Shown piece by piece: positions 20,364 to 28,925 of a stretch of DNA of 51,341 nucleotides; the stretch's first letter is position 1, and each line of letters opens with the position of its first letter. The stretch is from Kofleriaceae bacterium (GTDB lineage: Bacteria; Myxococcota_A; Polyangia; Haliangiales; Haliangiaceae). Position numbers and translations under genes: made by a program. The stretch spans positions 1-51,341 of the forward strand of contig JBKJLC010000133.1 of the NCBI GenBank assembly GCA_046597055.1, given 5' to 3'. Under the pieces are notes generated by a model that made no database searches, was not told where the DNA came from, and saw only the letters and a program-made list of their open reading frames with translations.

Positions 20364-21899
20364 TCACTTCAGGGCGAGCACCTGTGACGTTTCGGCCCCG
20401 AACACGACGGTCAGGGCGGCGACCGGGGCGTGGGGCGGGGTCGCGGCCCCGTGCGTGCAGCGCGCCGCCGCCTCGAGATCGTAGAGCGGCTCGCGGCAGA
20501 AGGACGCGATCCAGGCGCTGGCGAGCGCGCGGTCAAGGTCGGTCTCGAAGTCGGCGCGCAGTCGCTCGAACCAGTCGTCGTGGCTCGGGAGGTTGGCGCG
20601 GGACGGCATGACCCCGGCCGGGTCGAACCGGACGTCGTGGTCGATCCCGGCGCGGTGCGAGCGGGTGACGACGGTGGCGATCGCGGGGGCGGCCGCAGGT
20701 CCGAGCGGGATCTCCAGGCGCCAGTCGCCATCGTAGTCCGCGATCTGCTCGATCGCCTGGTAGCTGAAGACCCGCGGCTCGTGCCGGTAGCGGGTGACCA
20801 TGCGCCACGCATCGCGGTAGGCGGTCCGGTACTTGGTCACCGTCCGGTGCCGGGTCTCCGACCGGTAGTCGGTGTGCGACACGCTGCGGGTGCAGGTGCG
20901 CGCCGACGAGCCGTAGCCGCACGAGTAGCTCTCGGTGCGCGAGCTGAAGTGCGGGACCTGCACCGTGTACGACTCCTGGTCGGAGTACGACTCCTGGTAC
21001 GACTCGCGGTAGGACTCGCGGTGCTGGTAGGGGATGGTCTCGGTCCAGCTCGCGTCGAGCTTCATCGGCCGCACGCCGAACCGCGCGGCCTGGCTGCCCA
21101 CGAGCGCCGCCGCGCTGCGTGGCGAGCCGGGCGTACCCGCCCACGGGCTGGCCGCGACGACGCGGGCGACGGTCTGATCGAGCCGGCTGCGCTGCGCCGC
21201 GGTCATGCCGCGGACCTCGCCGTCGATCGCGACGCCGGCGATCGTGAACGGCAGGGCGATCGGCGCGCCGGCGGCGACGCCGAAGTGGGTGCAGTAGCGG
21301 GTCGCCAGGTCGGCGAGGTACGGCGATCGCTCGGGCTCGCGCGGCGTGACCGCCACGCAGATCGTCCGGCCGGCGCCGCGCACCTCGGCGGTGAGGGTCG
21401 GCCACAGCGAGACGAAGTCGCTGGCCGTGAGCACCGCGCGGCGCGACGCCAGCACCGCCTCGGCCGCGAGCGGTCGATGCGCGGTCACGAGCCCGCCGAT
21501 CTGGGCGGTGAGGCGGGCGCGCGCCCAGGTCACCTCGTCGGCGATCGCCGCGTGGGTCGGCGGGTCGCCGTCGCCGGCCCACCGATCGCGGGTGGCGAGG
21601 AGCGCGGCGAGCTCGCGCAACGTGACGTCGAGCGCGGCCCGGTCCCGCGTGGCGTGTAGCCCGGCGGCCCGGGTGGCCAGCGCCGACGTGCGCGCCTCGG
21701 CGCGGCGGGCCCGCATCCCTTGATCGTCGGGCGCGCGGGCGACCAGCTGGTCGTAGAGATCGGCGGCGGCCTGGTAGTCGTGACGGGCGAAGGCCTCGTC
21801 GGCGCGGGTGCGGGTGGTGGCGCACGCGGCCACCGAGACGAGGGCGAGAGCGAGGACGCCGCGCGGGATGATCACCAGGGCACGGTGCGGCCGGTCCAT
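20364..21899 (-). CDS. Hypothetical lipoprotein with TPR-like N-terminus and E/S/Y/T/R-rich segment
   Basis: Lipobox VAAC; ADEAFARHDYQAAADLYDQLV TPR-like helix pair; RESYRESYQESYSDQESY repeat. Confidence 0.7.
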   Translation of the reverse strand: MDRPHRALVIIPRGVLALALVSVAACATTRTRADEAFARHDYQAAADLYDQLVARAPDDQGMRARRAEARTSALATRAAGLHATRDRAALDVTLRELAALLATRDRWAGDGDPPTHAAIADEVTWARARLTAQIGGLVTAHRPLAAEAVLASRRAVLTASDFVSLWPTLTAEVRGAGRTICVAVTPREPERSPYLADLATRYCTHFGVAAGAPIALPFTIAGVAIDGEVRGMTAAQRSRLDQTVARVVAASPWAGTPGSPRSAAALVGSQAARFGVRPMKLDASWTETIPYQHRESYRESYQESYSDQESYTVQVPHFSSRTESYSCGYGSSARTCTRSVSHTDYRSETRHRTVTKYRTAYRDAWRMVTRYRHEPRVFSYQAIEQIADYDGDWRLEIPLGPAAAPAIATVVTRSHRAGIDHDVRFDPAGVMPSRANLPSHDDWFERLRADFETDLDRALASAWIASFCREPLYDLEAAARCTHGAATPPHAPVAALTVVFGAETSQVLALK

Positions 21900-22023
21900 G
21901 CGGGTGGCGATGGAGAACACCGGCAATCGCCGGTGAGCGATCGCATGCGGTCCCCGGCCGCGCCGCTCGGGTGAACCGAGGTTGGCGTTGCGACCAGGTT
22001 TCCCAGGAGTTGCCACTCCGCAC

Positions 22024-22073
22024 TTGACCGGGATTCGGGACCGGTTTATTAGTTTGTTCGTCGAACGAACTAA
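22024..22073 (+). promoter_or_regulatory. Sigma70-type promoter overlapped by a 25-bp ROK-repressor operator
   Basis: TTGACC (22024-29), 17 bp, TATTAG; palindrome TTAGTTTGTTCG-T-CGAACGAACTAA (22049-73, one mismatch); GGAGG follows. Confidence 0.85.
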
Positions 22074-22088
22074 CTGGAGGCGCCACCC

Positions 22089-23309
22089 GTGCAGACCGCC
22101 GACACCTCACGCATGCGCGAGCACAACGCCGGGTTGTTGCTCAACCTGCTGTTCCGCGAGCAGGCCGCGTCGCGCGCGGATCTGTCGCGCGTCACCGGGC
22201 TCAGCCGATCGACGGTGTCGGCGATCGTCGACGAGCTGATCGCGACCGACCTGGTCCGCGAGACCGGTGCCGGCATCTCGACCGGCGGCCGGCGGCCGAC
22301 CATCCTGCAGTTCAACGACGACGCGTTCGCGCTGGTCGGGGTCGAGATGGGCGCCAGCCATCTGCGCGCCACGGTCACCAACCTGCGCGCCGGGGTCCGG
22401 GCCGATGTCGAGGTCGCCCACGCGGTGGTCGACGATCCCGACGGGACGCTCACGGCGATCGAGGCGTTGATCCAGCGCGCGCTGGACCAGGCCGGGGTGG
22501 CGCGGCGCACCGTGCTCGGGATCGGCGTCGCGGTGCCGTGCCCGCTCGACCTGCGCAACCCCGACCAGCTCTGCTACCAGCTGATGCCGCGCTGGGAGGG
22601 CATCAACGTGCGCCGCGCGATCTCCGAGCGGTTCGGTGTGCCGGTCTCGATCGACAACGACGCCAACCTCGGCGCGCTGGCCGAGCGCTGGTGGGGCGCC
22701 GGCCGCGGCGGCGAGGACCTCACGTACATCAAGATCGCGACCGGCGTCGGCGCCGGCCACATCATCGCCGGCGAGGTCTATCGCGGCTCCAACGGCACCG
22801 CCGGCGAGATCGGCCACCTGGCGATCGACCTGCGTGGGCCCGAGTGCCGGTGTGGGCTGCGCGGTTGCCTGGCCGCGCTGGTCGGCGCCGACGCGCTGGC
22901 GGCTCGGCTCGACGCCGCGACCGGAACGTCCGGCACCCGGACGAAGCGCAAGCGGGCCGGCACCGTGTCCGAGCTGGCCGCCGCTGCCCGCGCCGGCGAT
23001 CCGCTCGCCTGCACCGTGGTCACCGAGGCCGGCGCCTATCTTGGCATCGCGGTCGCCAGTCTGCTCAACCTGCTCAACCCTGCGATCGTCGTGCTCGGGG
23101 GACCGCTCACCGAGGCCGGCGACCTGCTGCTCGAGCCGATCCGCGACACCGTCCGGCGCCGGTCGCTGTTCCGCTCGGTGGCCGAGGCTCGCATCGTCAC
23201 CAGCGAGCTCGGGGATCCCGCCGTCGCCATCGGCGCGGCCACGCTCGTCCTGCAGGCGGCGCTCCGGGAGCCCGCCTTGTTCTCGTCTTCGGTCGCGCGC
23301 GCGGTCTGA
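22089..23309 (+). CDS. ROK-family transcriptional repressor (XylR/NagC-like)
   Basis: SRADLSRVTGLSRSTVSAIV HTH, STGGRRP, DNDANLGALAE, GVGAG, AGEIGH, CRCGLRGCL, NLLNP. Confidence 0.95.
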   Translation: MQTADTSRMREHNAGLLLNLLFREQAASRADLSRVTGLSRSTVSAIVDELIATDLVRETGAGISTGGRRPTILQFNDDAFALVGVEMGASHLRATVTNLRAGVRADVEVAHAVVDDPDGTLTAIEALIQRALDQAGVARRTVLGIGVAVPCPLDLRNPDQLCYQLMPRWEGINVRRAISERFGVPVSIDNDANLGALAERWWGAGRGGEDLTYIKIATGVGAGHIIAGEVYRGSNGTAGEIGHLAIDLRGPECRCGLRGCLAALVGADALAARLDAATGTSGTRTKRKRAGTVSELAAAARAGDPLACTVVTEAGAYLGIAVASLLNLLNPAIVVLGGPLTEAGDLLLEPIRDTVRRRSLFRSVAEARIVTSELGDPAVAIGAATLVLQAALREPALFSSSVARAV

Positions 23310-23364
23310 TCCCGGCCGATCGCACTCTGACGCTGCGCACCACGCGTGCGCGAGGAGCCCTTTC

Positions 23365-24009
23365 ATGCTGCGAACCAGTCGTCTGGCGTATGTAGCGGCG
23401 GTCCCCCTGTTCTCGCTGGCCGCGTGCGCGGCCACCGTCGAGCCCGATCCCATGGACGTCGATCCCACCCCGGAGAACGGCGTCGATCCGCCGTTCGCGG
23501 TGTCGAGCATCTTCGCGCCCAGCGGCTACATGGGTGACGGCACCACCGGCACTGCGGTGCTCGCCGACCAGGGCGGCGAGTTCTGCAAGCCGCGCCCGAC
23601 CGGGGCCCGCGGCGATTGTTATCGCTTCACCTACGCGGCCGACACCCAGCTGTGGGCCGGGGTGTACTGGCAGTTCCCGCCCAACAACTGGGGCAGCGCC
23701 GAGGGCAAGAAGGTTGCGCCCGGCGCGTCGCAGGTCAGTTTCTACGCGGCCGGCGCGGTCGGCGGTGAGATTCTCAAGATCACCGTCGGTGGCATCAAGG
23801 ACGTGACCCTCCCCAACAGCGACGCGCTCAAGGCCGATGCCACCGTCACGCTGACCCCCGAGATGACCCAGTACACGGTCGCGCTCGGCAGCCAGCCCTA
23901 CGACAAGGTGATCGGGGGCTTCTCGTGGGCGACCAACTACCCCGAGGGCACCAACCCGGCGACCGCCGCGCCGATCGTGTTCTACCTCGACGACATCGTG
24001 TGGGAGTAG
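23365..24009 (+). CDS. Lipoprotein with putative carbohydrate-binding (galactose-binding-like) domain
   Basis: Lipobox LAAC; PSGYMGD, WAGVYWQFPPNNWG, C-terminal FYLDDIVWE typical of CBM beta-sandwiches; GAGGAG ribosome site. Confidence 0.65.
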   Translation: MLRTSRLAYVAAVPLFSLAACAATVEPDPMDVDPTPENGVDPPFAVSSIFAPSGYMGDGTTGTAVLADQGGEFCKPRPTGARGDCYRFTYAADTQLWAGVYWQFPPNNWGSAEGKKVAPGASQVSFYAAGAVGGEILKITVGGIKDVTLPNSDALKADATVTLTPEMTQYTVALGSQPYDKVIGGFSWATNYPEGTNPATAAPIVFYLDDIVWE

Positions 24010-24013
24010 CTTG

Positions 24014-25783
24014 ATGCGTCGCCTCGTCACCGCGATGCTGGTCGTGGCCGCCGGTGCCGGCAGCGCGCGCGCCGACGAGGCGCCGGTCGCCGACCCGCCG
24101 ATCAATCCGTTCAAGTGCCGCGGCGAGGTCGAGGCGATCACGCGCGACCTGTCGACCGCCGAGGTCCACGCCGAGATCGCGCGCCGGGTGTCGCCGCCGA
24201 CCGAGCCGGGCGACTCGACCACGCTGGCCGCCCACAAGCTGTGCGTGATCGCCGAGCTCAAGCGCCGGGTCGGCGCCGGCGACACCGCCGACTGGTACGA
24301 GCGCGCGATCGCGACCAACCCCGACGAGCCCGGCTACGAGCTGTGGTACGGCGCGTACCTCGGCACCGTGCGCGGCGCCGGCGCGCCGCTGGTCGAGGGC
24401 GCCGAGTCGCACTACTACCGCGCGATCAGCAAGCTCGACGCCCGCCGCCGGCGCGGCGCGGCGACTGACTTCGATCAGGTGACCGCCGAGTGGACCCAGC
24501 GGCGCCTGCTCGATCTCTACCAGCGCGATGGCCTGCCGCTGGTCGGCTGGAAGGCCTACCGCTACGACGCCGGCGACGGCTCGATGCCGGGCGTGTCGCT
24601 GTCGAGCGTCGCGATGGGCTCGGCCGACACCCGCGACTTCTTCTACGGCAACGAGATGCGCGGCTTCACCGGCGAGGCCGCGTTCGCCGCCAGCGCGCTG
24701 CGCCTGGGTCGGCCGCTGACCAACACCGAGACCTTCAACCTCATCCGCGCGCCGCAGCGGGTCGGCTGGAACAACCGTCTGCGCATCCGGCTGCCGTGGG
24801 CCGGCGCGGTCGATCTCGAGCACCGCTGGTTCCAGGCCAAGGACGCGCAGATCGGCGTCTTCAACCAGCCCAACGCGTACGTCGACGTCGAGGTGACCGA
24901 GCTCGGCGCCGGCTTCAACCGCCGGATCGGCGTCGGCTCGCTGTTCGATCTCGACCTGGCCGGCAACGTGCGACTGACCAGCCGCACCGGCACCGTCGAG
25001 TTCCTGCCCGATCAGGAGCAGGCGTTCACGACCTTCGAGGCGACCCCGACGATCGCCCGCTTCATCGGCCCCGACAAGCTGTCGCTGCGCGGCGCCTACG
25101 TCTACATGGCGATCCCCGATCTCGACGGCGGCATGCCGTACGAACGCGACCGCGGCCAGACCATCCGCGCGCTGCACCTCGAGTACGCGATGTACCGTCC
25201 GGTGTCGCTGCCGTCGTTGCGCGGCGGGCGCCTGCGCCTCGACCGCCGCTACACCCGCGGCTGGCACTTCTACGGCGGCGTCGCCGAGGACTCGCAGGTG
25301 TACGGCCTGCGCCAGGTCACCCAGCGCGACGTCTACGGCGGCACCACGCTCAAGGGCCTCGGCCCCTACGACGTCACCGTGCAGGGCACGGTCTACGACG
25401 CCGGCACCCGGTTCGTCGATCCCGACGCGCCCCAGATGGGCCTGCAGACTGACGCCAGCCAGGCCCACGGTCAGTACCGCACCACGCTGGCGCTGGCGCG
25501 CCGGCTGGTCGACGAGGACGTCACGCCGGGCCTGCCGAAGTCGACGCTCGGCTTCGCGACCGCGTCGCTGGTGCTGGTGGTGCCGGTCAGCCATGACCTC
25601 GGCATCAAGGGCTCCGACGCGTTCGAGAACGTGCGCGCCGGCGGCGAGCTGTGGTGGAAGCTCATCGGCACCGGGCTGCGCGGCAGCACGTTCCTCCTCA
25701 CCGCCGGCTACGACTACCAGTACTTCTACCGGCAGAGTCGGGCCATGCACATGGGCCACCTCGCCGTGCGGATGGGGTGGTGA
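24014..25783 (+). CDS. Secreted protein, helical/TPR-like N-terminus plus probable outer-membrane beta-barrel
   Basis: Signal peptide (ARA-D), WYERAIATNPDEPGYELWYG TPR-like, many amphipathic strands, terminal ...LAVRMGW. Confidence 0.65.
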   Translation: MRRLVTAMLVVAAGAGSARADEAPVADPPINPFKCRGEVEAITRDLSTAEVHAEIARRVSPPTEPGDSTTLAAHKLCVIAELKRRVGAGDTADWYERAIATNPDEPGYELWYGAYLGTVRGAGAPLVEGAESHYYRAISKLDARRRRGAATDFDQVTAEWTQRRLLDLYQRDGLPLVGWKAYRYDAGDGSMPGVSLSSVAMGSADTRDFFYGNEMRGFTGEAAFAASALRLGRPLTNTETFNLIRAPQRVGWNNRLRIRLPWAGAVDLEHRWFQAKDAQIGVFNQPNAYVDVEVTELGAGFNRRIGVGSLFDLDLAGNVRLTSRTGTVEFLPDQEQAFTTFEATPTIARFIGPDKLSLRGAYVYMAIPDLDGGMPYERDRGQTIRALHLEYAMYRPVSLPSLRGGRLRLDRRYTRGWHFYGGVAEDSQVYGLRQVTQRDVYGGTTLKGLGPYDVTVQGTVYDAGTRFVDPDAPQMGLQTDASQAHGQYRTTLALARRLVDEDVTPGLPKSTLGFATASLVLVVPVSHDLGIKGSDAFENVRAGGELWWKLIGTGLRGSTFLLTAGYDYQYFYRQSRAMHMGHLAVRMGW

Positions 25784-25785
25784 TC

Positions 25786-28104
25786 ATGCGCGCCGCGACG
25801 CTGGCGGCGCTGGCCGCGGTCGGGTGCAGCCCGGCGGTGGTCGAGCCGCGCGCGCCGTCGCCGCCGCCGGATCCGGCGACGTCGGAGGCGGTCGGCGCCG
25901 GTTATCTGGTGACCGGGCCGGTCGCTGGGGAGGCGCCGGCCAACGATCGCGGCGTGCCGGTGGCGCCCAAGGTCACCGCCGACTTCACCGGGATGCCGAC
26001 GACCAACGACTGGTGGTCGTCGCTGATCTGGCAGTTCGATCGCGGCGGCAAGGCCAACCCGTACTCCGAGCCGATGTTCGCCCACCCGCTGGCGATGCAG
26101 GCCGAGCGTCACGGCCTGGCCATCGCGTACCCGGCCGAGGTGACCGCCGACGCTGGCGGCTACCGGCACGCGTTCGTGCCCGATCTGCTGGTCGGGGCCG
26201 ACGGGCTCGACTCGCCCGACGCCCGGGTCGCGCGCTACTCGGACTGGACCGTCACCGCGTCGTGGGCCGACAGCGACGGTGACGTGGGGCCGCTGCGCGC
26301 GACCTTCGGCCACGGCCTGCCGTTCGTCTACGTCGAGACCACCGGCGGCCGCGCCGCCCGGCTCGAGGCGCGGGCCGACGTCGAGGTCTGGCACCTCGAG
26401 GGCGAGGTGGTCGGGCTGACCGTGCGCGGCCACCACTACGCGGCGTTCGCGCCGGCCGGCGCGCGCTGGACCCGCGACGGTCGCAGCCTGCAGGCGGCCC
26501 TGCCCGAGCTCGACGACGGCTACGCGGTCGCGGTGCTGCCGGACCGGACCCCGGCGACCCTCGCGCGGTTCCGCGCCCACGCCTACACCTTCGTCACCGG
26601 CGGTCAGGTCAGCTGGGAGTACGCGGCGCGCCGCGGCCAGGTCGTCACCCACTTCGACTTCGCCACCGCGCGCCGGCCGACCTCGAAGAAGAAGACGCCG
26701 CCGCTGGTCGCGCTGTACCGCCACCAGTGGCTCCACACCGACGCGCCGCTCGACAAGCTCGAGTATCGGTCGGCCCGCGGCGCGATGAAGCTCGCCGCGG
26801 TCGGCCGCTTCGATACCCGGCTGCCGTTCCGTGGCGTGATGCCGTTCCTGCCGGTGATCGACGGCGGCGCCCGCGGCGACATCTACGAGCAGGTCGACGA
26901 CGCCTGGCGGCGCGGCGACTTCGTGCCGCCCGGCATGGACGGCAAGAAGGACTCGTACTGGTCGGGCAAGGCGGTGCAGCGGCTGGCGGTGCTGATCCAC
27001 CTCGCCGATCAGGTCGGCCATGCCCGCGCCCGCGCCGACCTCCTGCGCGCGCTCGAGAACGAGCTCGAGGACTGGTTCGACGGTCGGGCGCCGTTCCTGG
27101 TCCGCTACGACAGCACCTGGCGCACCGCGATCGGCGTGCCGTCCGCGTACTTCTCGGCGCAGCAGCTCAACGACCACCACTTCCACTACGGCTACTTCAT
27201 CTTCGCCGCCGCCACCGCCGCCCACTTCGATCCGGCCTGGGCCGCGCGCGACCGCTGGGGCGCGATGGTCGAGGTGCTGATCCGCGACGTGGCCGCGTGG
27301 AAGCGCGACGACCCCAAGTTTCCGTTCCTGCGCAACTTCGACGCCTACGCCGGGCACTCGTGGGCCAACGGGCCGGCGCTGTTCGCCACCGGCAACAACC
27401 AGGAGTCGTCGTCGGAGGACGTCAACTTCGCGGTCGGCGCCATCCTGTGGGGCGCGGCCACCGGCGACGACGGCATCCGCGACCTCGGCGTGTTCCTGCA
27501 CGCCAACCTGACCGCGGCGATCGACCAGTACTGGTTCGACGTCGACGACGCGGTGTTCCCGGCCGGCTTCGCGCGCCCGACCATCGCGATCCTGTGGGGC
27601 GACGGCGGCCGCTACGAGACCTGGTGGGATCCGAGCCCGGTCTACGTCCACGGCATCAACTTCCTGCCGTTCACCGGCGGCTCGCTGTACCTCGGCCATC
27701 GCCCGGCCTACACCGCCGCCAACTGGAAGGGGCTGGTCGAGGCCAACCGCGGCGAGCCGCTGCAGTGGCGCGACATCCTGTGGATGTACCTCGCGGTCGG
27801 CGACCCCGAGGCCGCAGCCTCGCGCTGGGCCGCCGAGCATCGCTTCACGCCCGAGTTCGGCAACTCGCCCGCCGCGACCGGGGCGTGGATCGCCGCCTTG
27901 CGCAGCGCCGGTGGCCCCGATCCGTCGGTGACCGCCGACGTGCCCACCGCGCTGGTGCTGCGCAAGGGCGGCGACCGGACCTACCTCGCGTTCAACCCGG
28001 GGCCGGCGCCGCTGACCGTCCGGTTCTCGGACGGTCGGAGCCTGACCGCGCCGCCCCGGGCGTACGCCCACGCTCGCCACCCCGTACCAGGAGTCGACCG
28101 ATGA
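25786..28104 (+). CDS. GH81 endo-beta-1,3-glucanase, lipoprotein
   Basis: TTNDWWSS, GHGLPFVY, LNDHHFHYGYF, FLRNFDAYAGHSWA, NNQESSSE, HGINFLP. Confidence 0.92.
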   Translation: MRAATLAALAAVGCSPAVVEPRAPSPPPDPATSEAVGAGYLVTGPVAGEAPANDRGVPVAPKVTADFTGMPTTNDWWSSLIWQFDRGGKANPYSEPMFAHPLAMQAERHGLAIAYPAEVTADAGGYRHAFVPDLLVGADGLDSPDARVARYSDWTVTASWADSDGDVGPLRATFGHGLPFVYVETTGGRAARLEARADVEVWHLEGEVVGLTVRGHHYAAFAPAGARWTRDGRSLQAALPELDDGYAVAVLPDRTPATLARFRAHAYTFVTGGQVSWEYAARRGQVVTHFDFATARRPTSKKKTPPLVALYRHQWLHTDAPLDKLEYRSARGAMKLAAVGRFDTRLPFRGVMPFLPVIDGGARGDIYEQVDDAWRRGDFVPPGMDGKKDSYWSGKAVQRLAVLIHLADQVGHARARADLLRALENELEDWFDGRAPFLVRYDSTWRTAIGVPSAYFSAQQLNDHHFHYGYFIFAAATAAHFDPAWAARDRWGAMVEVLIRDVAAWKRDDPKFPFLRNFDAYAGHSWANGPALFATGNNQESSSEDVNFAVGAILWGAATGDDGIRDLGVFLHANLTAAIDQYWFDVDDAVFPAGFARPTIAILWGDGGRYETWWDPSPVYVHGINFLPFTGGSLYLGHRPAYTAANWKGLVEANRGEPLQWRDILWMYLAVGDPEAAASRWAAEHRFTPEFGNSPAATGAWIAALRSAGGPDPSVTADVPTALVLRKGGDRTYLAFNPGPAPLTVRFSDGRSLTAPPRAYAHARHPVPGVDR

Positions 28105-28925
28105 AGTACTCGTGGCTCGCGTCCGTGACCATGGCAGCCGCCTGCACCCAGCCCCCGGTCGACGAGCCGCTGCCGGAGCCACCGGCCGGCGACTGGCGCC
28201 TGACCTGGAGCGACGAGTTCGACGGCGCCGCCAACACCGGCCCCGACCCGCGCAAGTGGGCCTACGACATCGGCGGCGGCGGCTGGGGCAACCAGCAGCT
28301 CGAGTTCAACACCGATCAGGTCGCCAACGCCCACCACGATGGCGCCGGCCACCTGCGCATCACCGCGCTCAAGCAGCGCTACGGCAGCAACGACTACACC
28401 TCGGCCCGGATCCGGACCAGCGCCAGCTTCGCCCAGACCTACGGCCGGTTCGAGGCCCGGCTCAAGCTGCCGACCGGCGCCGGCATCTGGCCGGCGTTCT
28501 GGCTGCTCGGCAGCAACTTCGCCAGCGCCGGCTGGCCGGGCTGCGGCGAGCTCGACATCATGGAGCTGCGCGGCAGCGAGCCCGGCGTCACCCACGGCAG
28601 CGCCCACGGCCCCGGCTACTCGGGCGGCAATCCCAAGACCGCCTCGTACGCGCTGCCTGGCGGCGCCAGCTTCAACGACGGCTTCCACGTGTTCGCGATC
28701 GAGTGGGCGCCGGGCGAGGTCCACTGGTTTCTCGACGACCACCACTTCCATGCGATCACCGAGGCGACCATGGCCGCCGAGCACCGCTGGGTCTTCGACC
28801 ACGACATGTTCGTGATCCTCAACCTCGCGGTCGGCGGCTGGTTCGGCGGCGCCGTCGACGACGCGGTGTTCCCGCAGACGATGATGGTCGACTGGGTCCG
28901 CGCCCACGAGCGGATCGCGCCGTGA
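28101..28925 (+). CDS. GH16 beta-1,3-glucanase (laminarinase-like), lipoprotein
   Basis: WSDEFDG, GWGNQQ, YTSAR, YGRFEAR, WPAFWLLG, GELDIME catalytic motif, ILNLAVGG. Confidence 0.95.
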   Translation: MKYSWLASVTMAAACTQPPVDEPLPEPPAGDWRLTWSDEFDGAANTGPDPRKWAYDIGGGGWGNQQLEFNTDQVANAHHDGAGHLRITALKQRYGSNDYTSARIRTSASFAQTYGRFEARLKLPTGAGIWPAFWLLGSNFASAGWPGCGELDIMELRGSEPGVTHGSAHGPGYSGGNPKTASYALPGGASFNDGFHVFAIEWAPGEVHWFLDDHHFHAITEATMAAEHRWVFDHDMFVILNLAVGGWFGGAVDDAVFPQTMMVDWVRAHERIAP

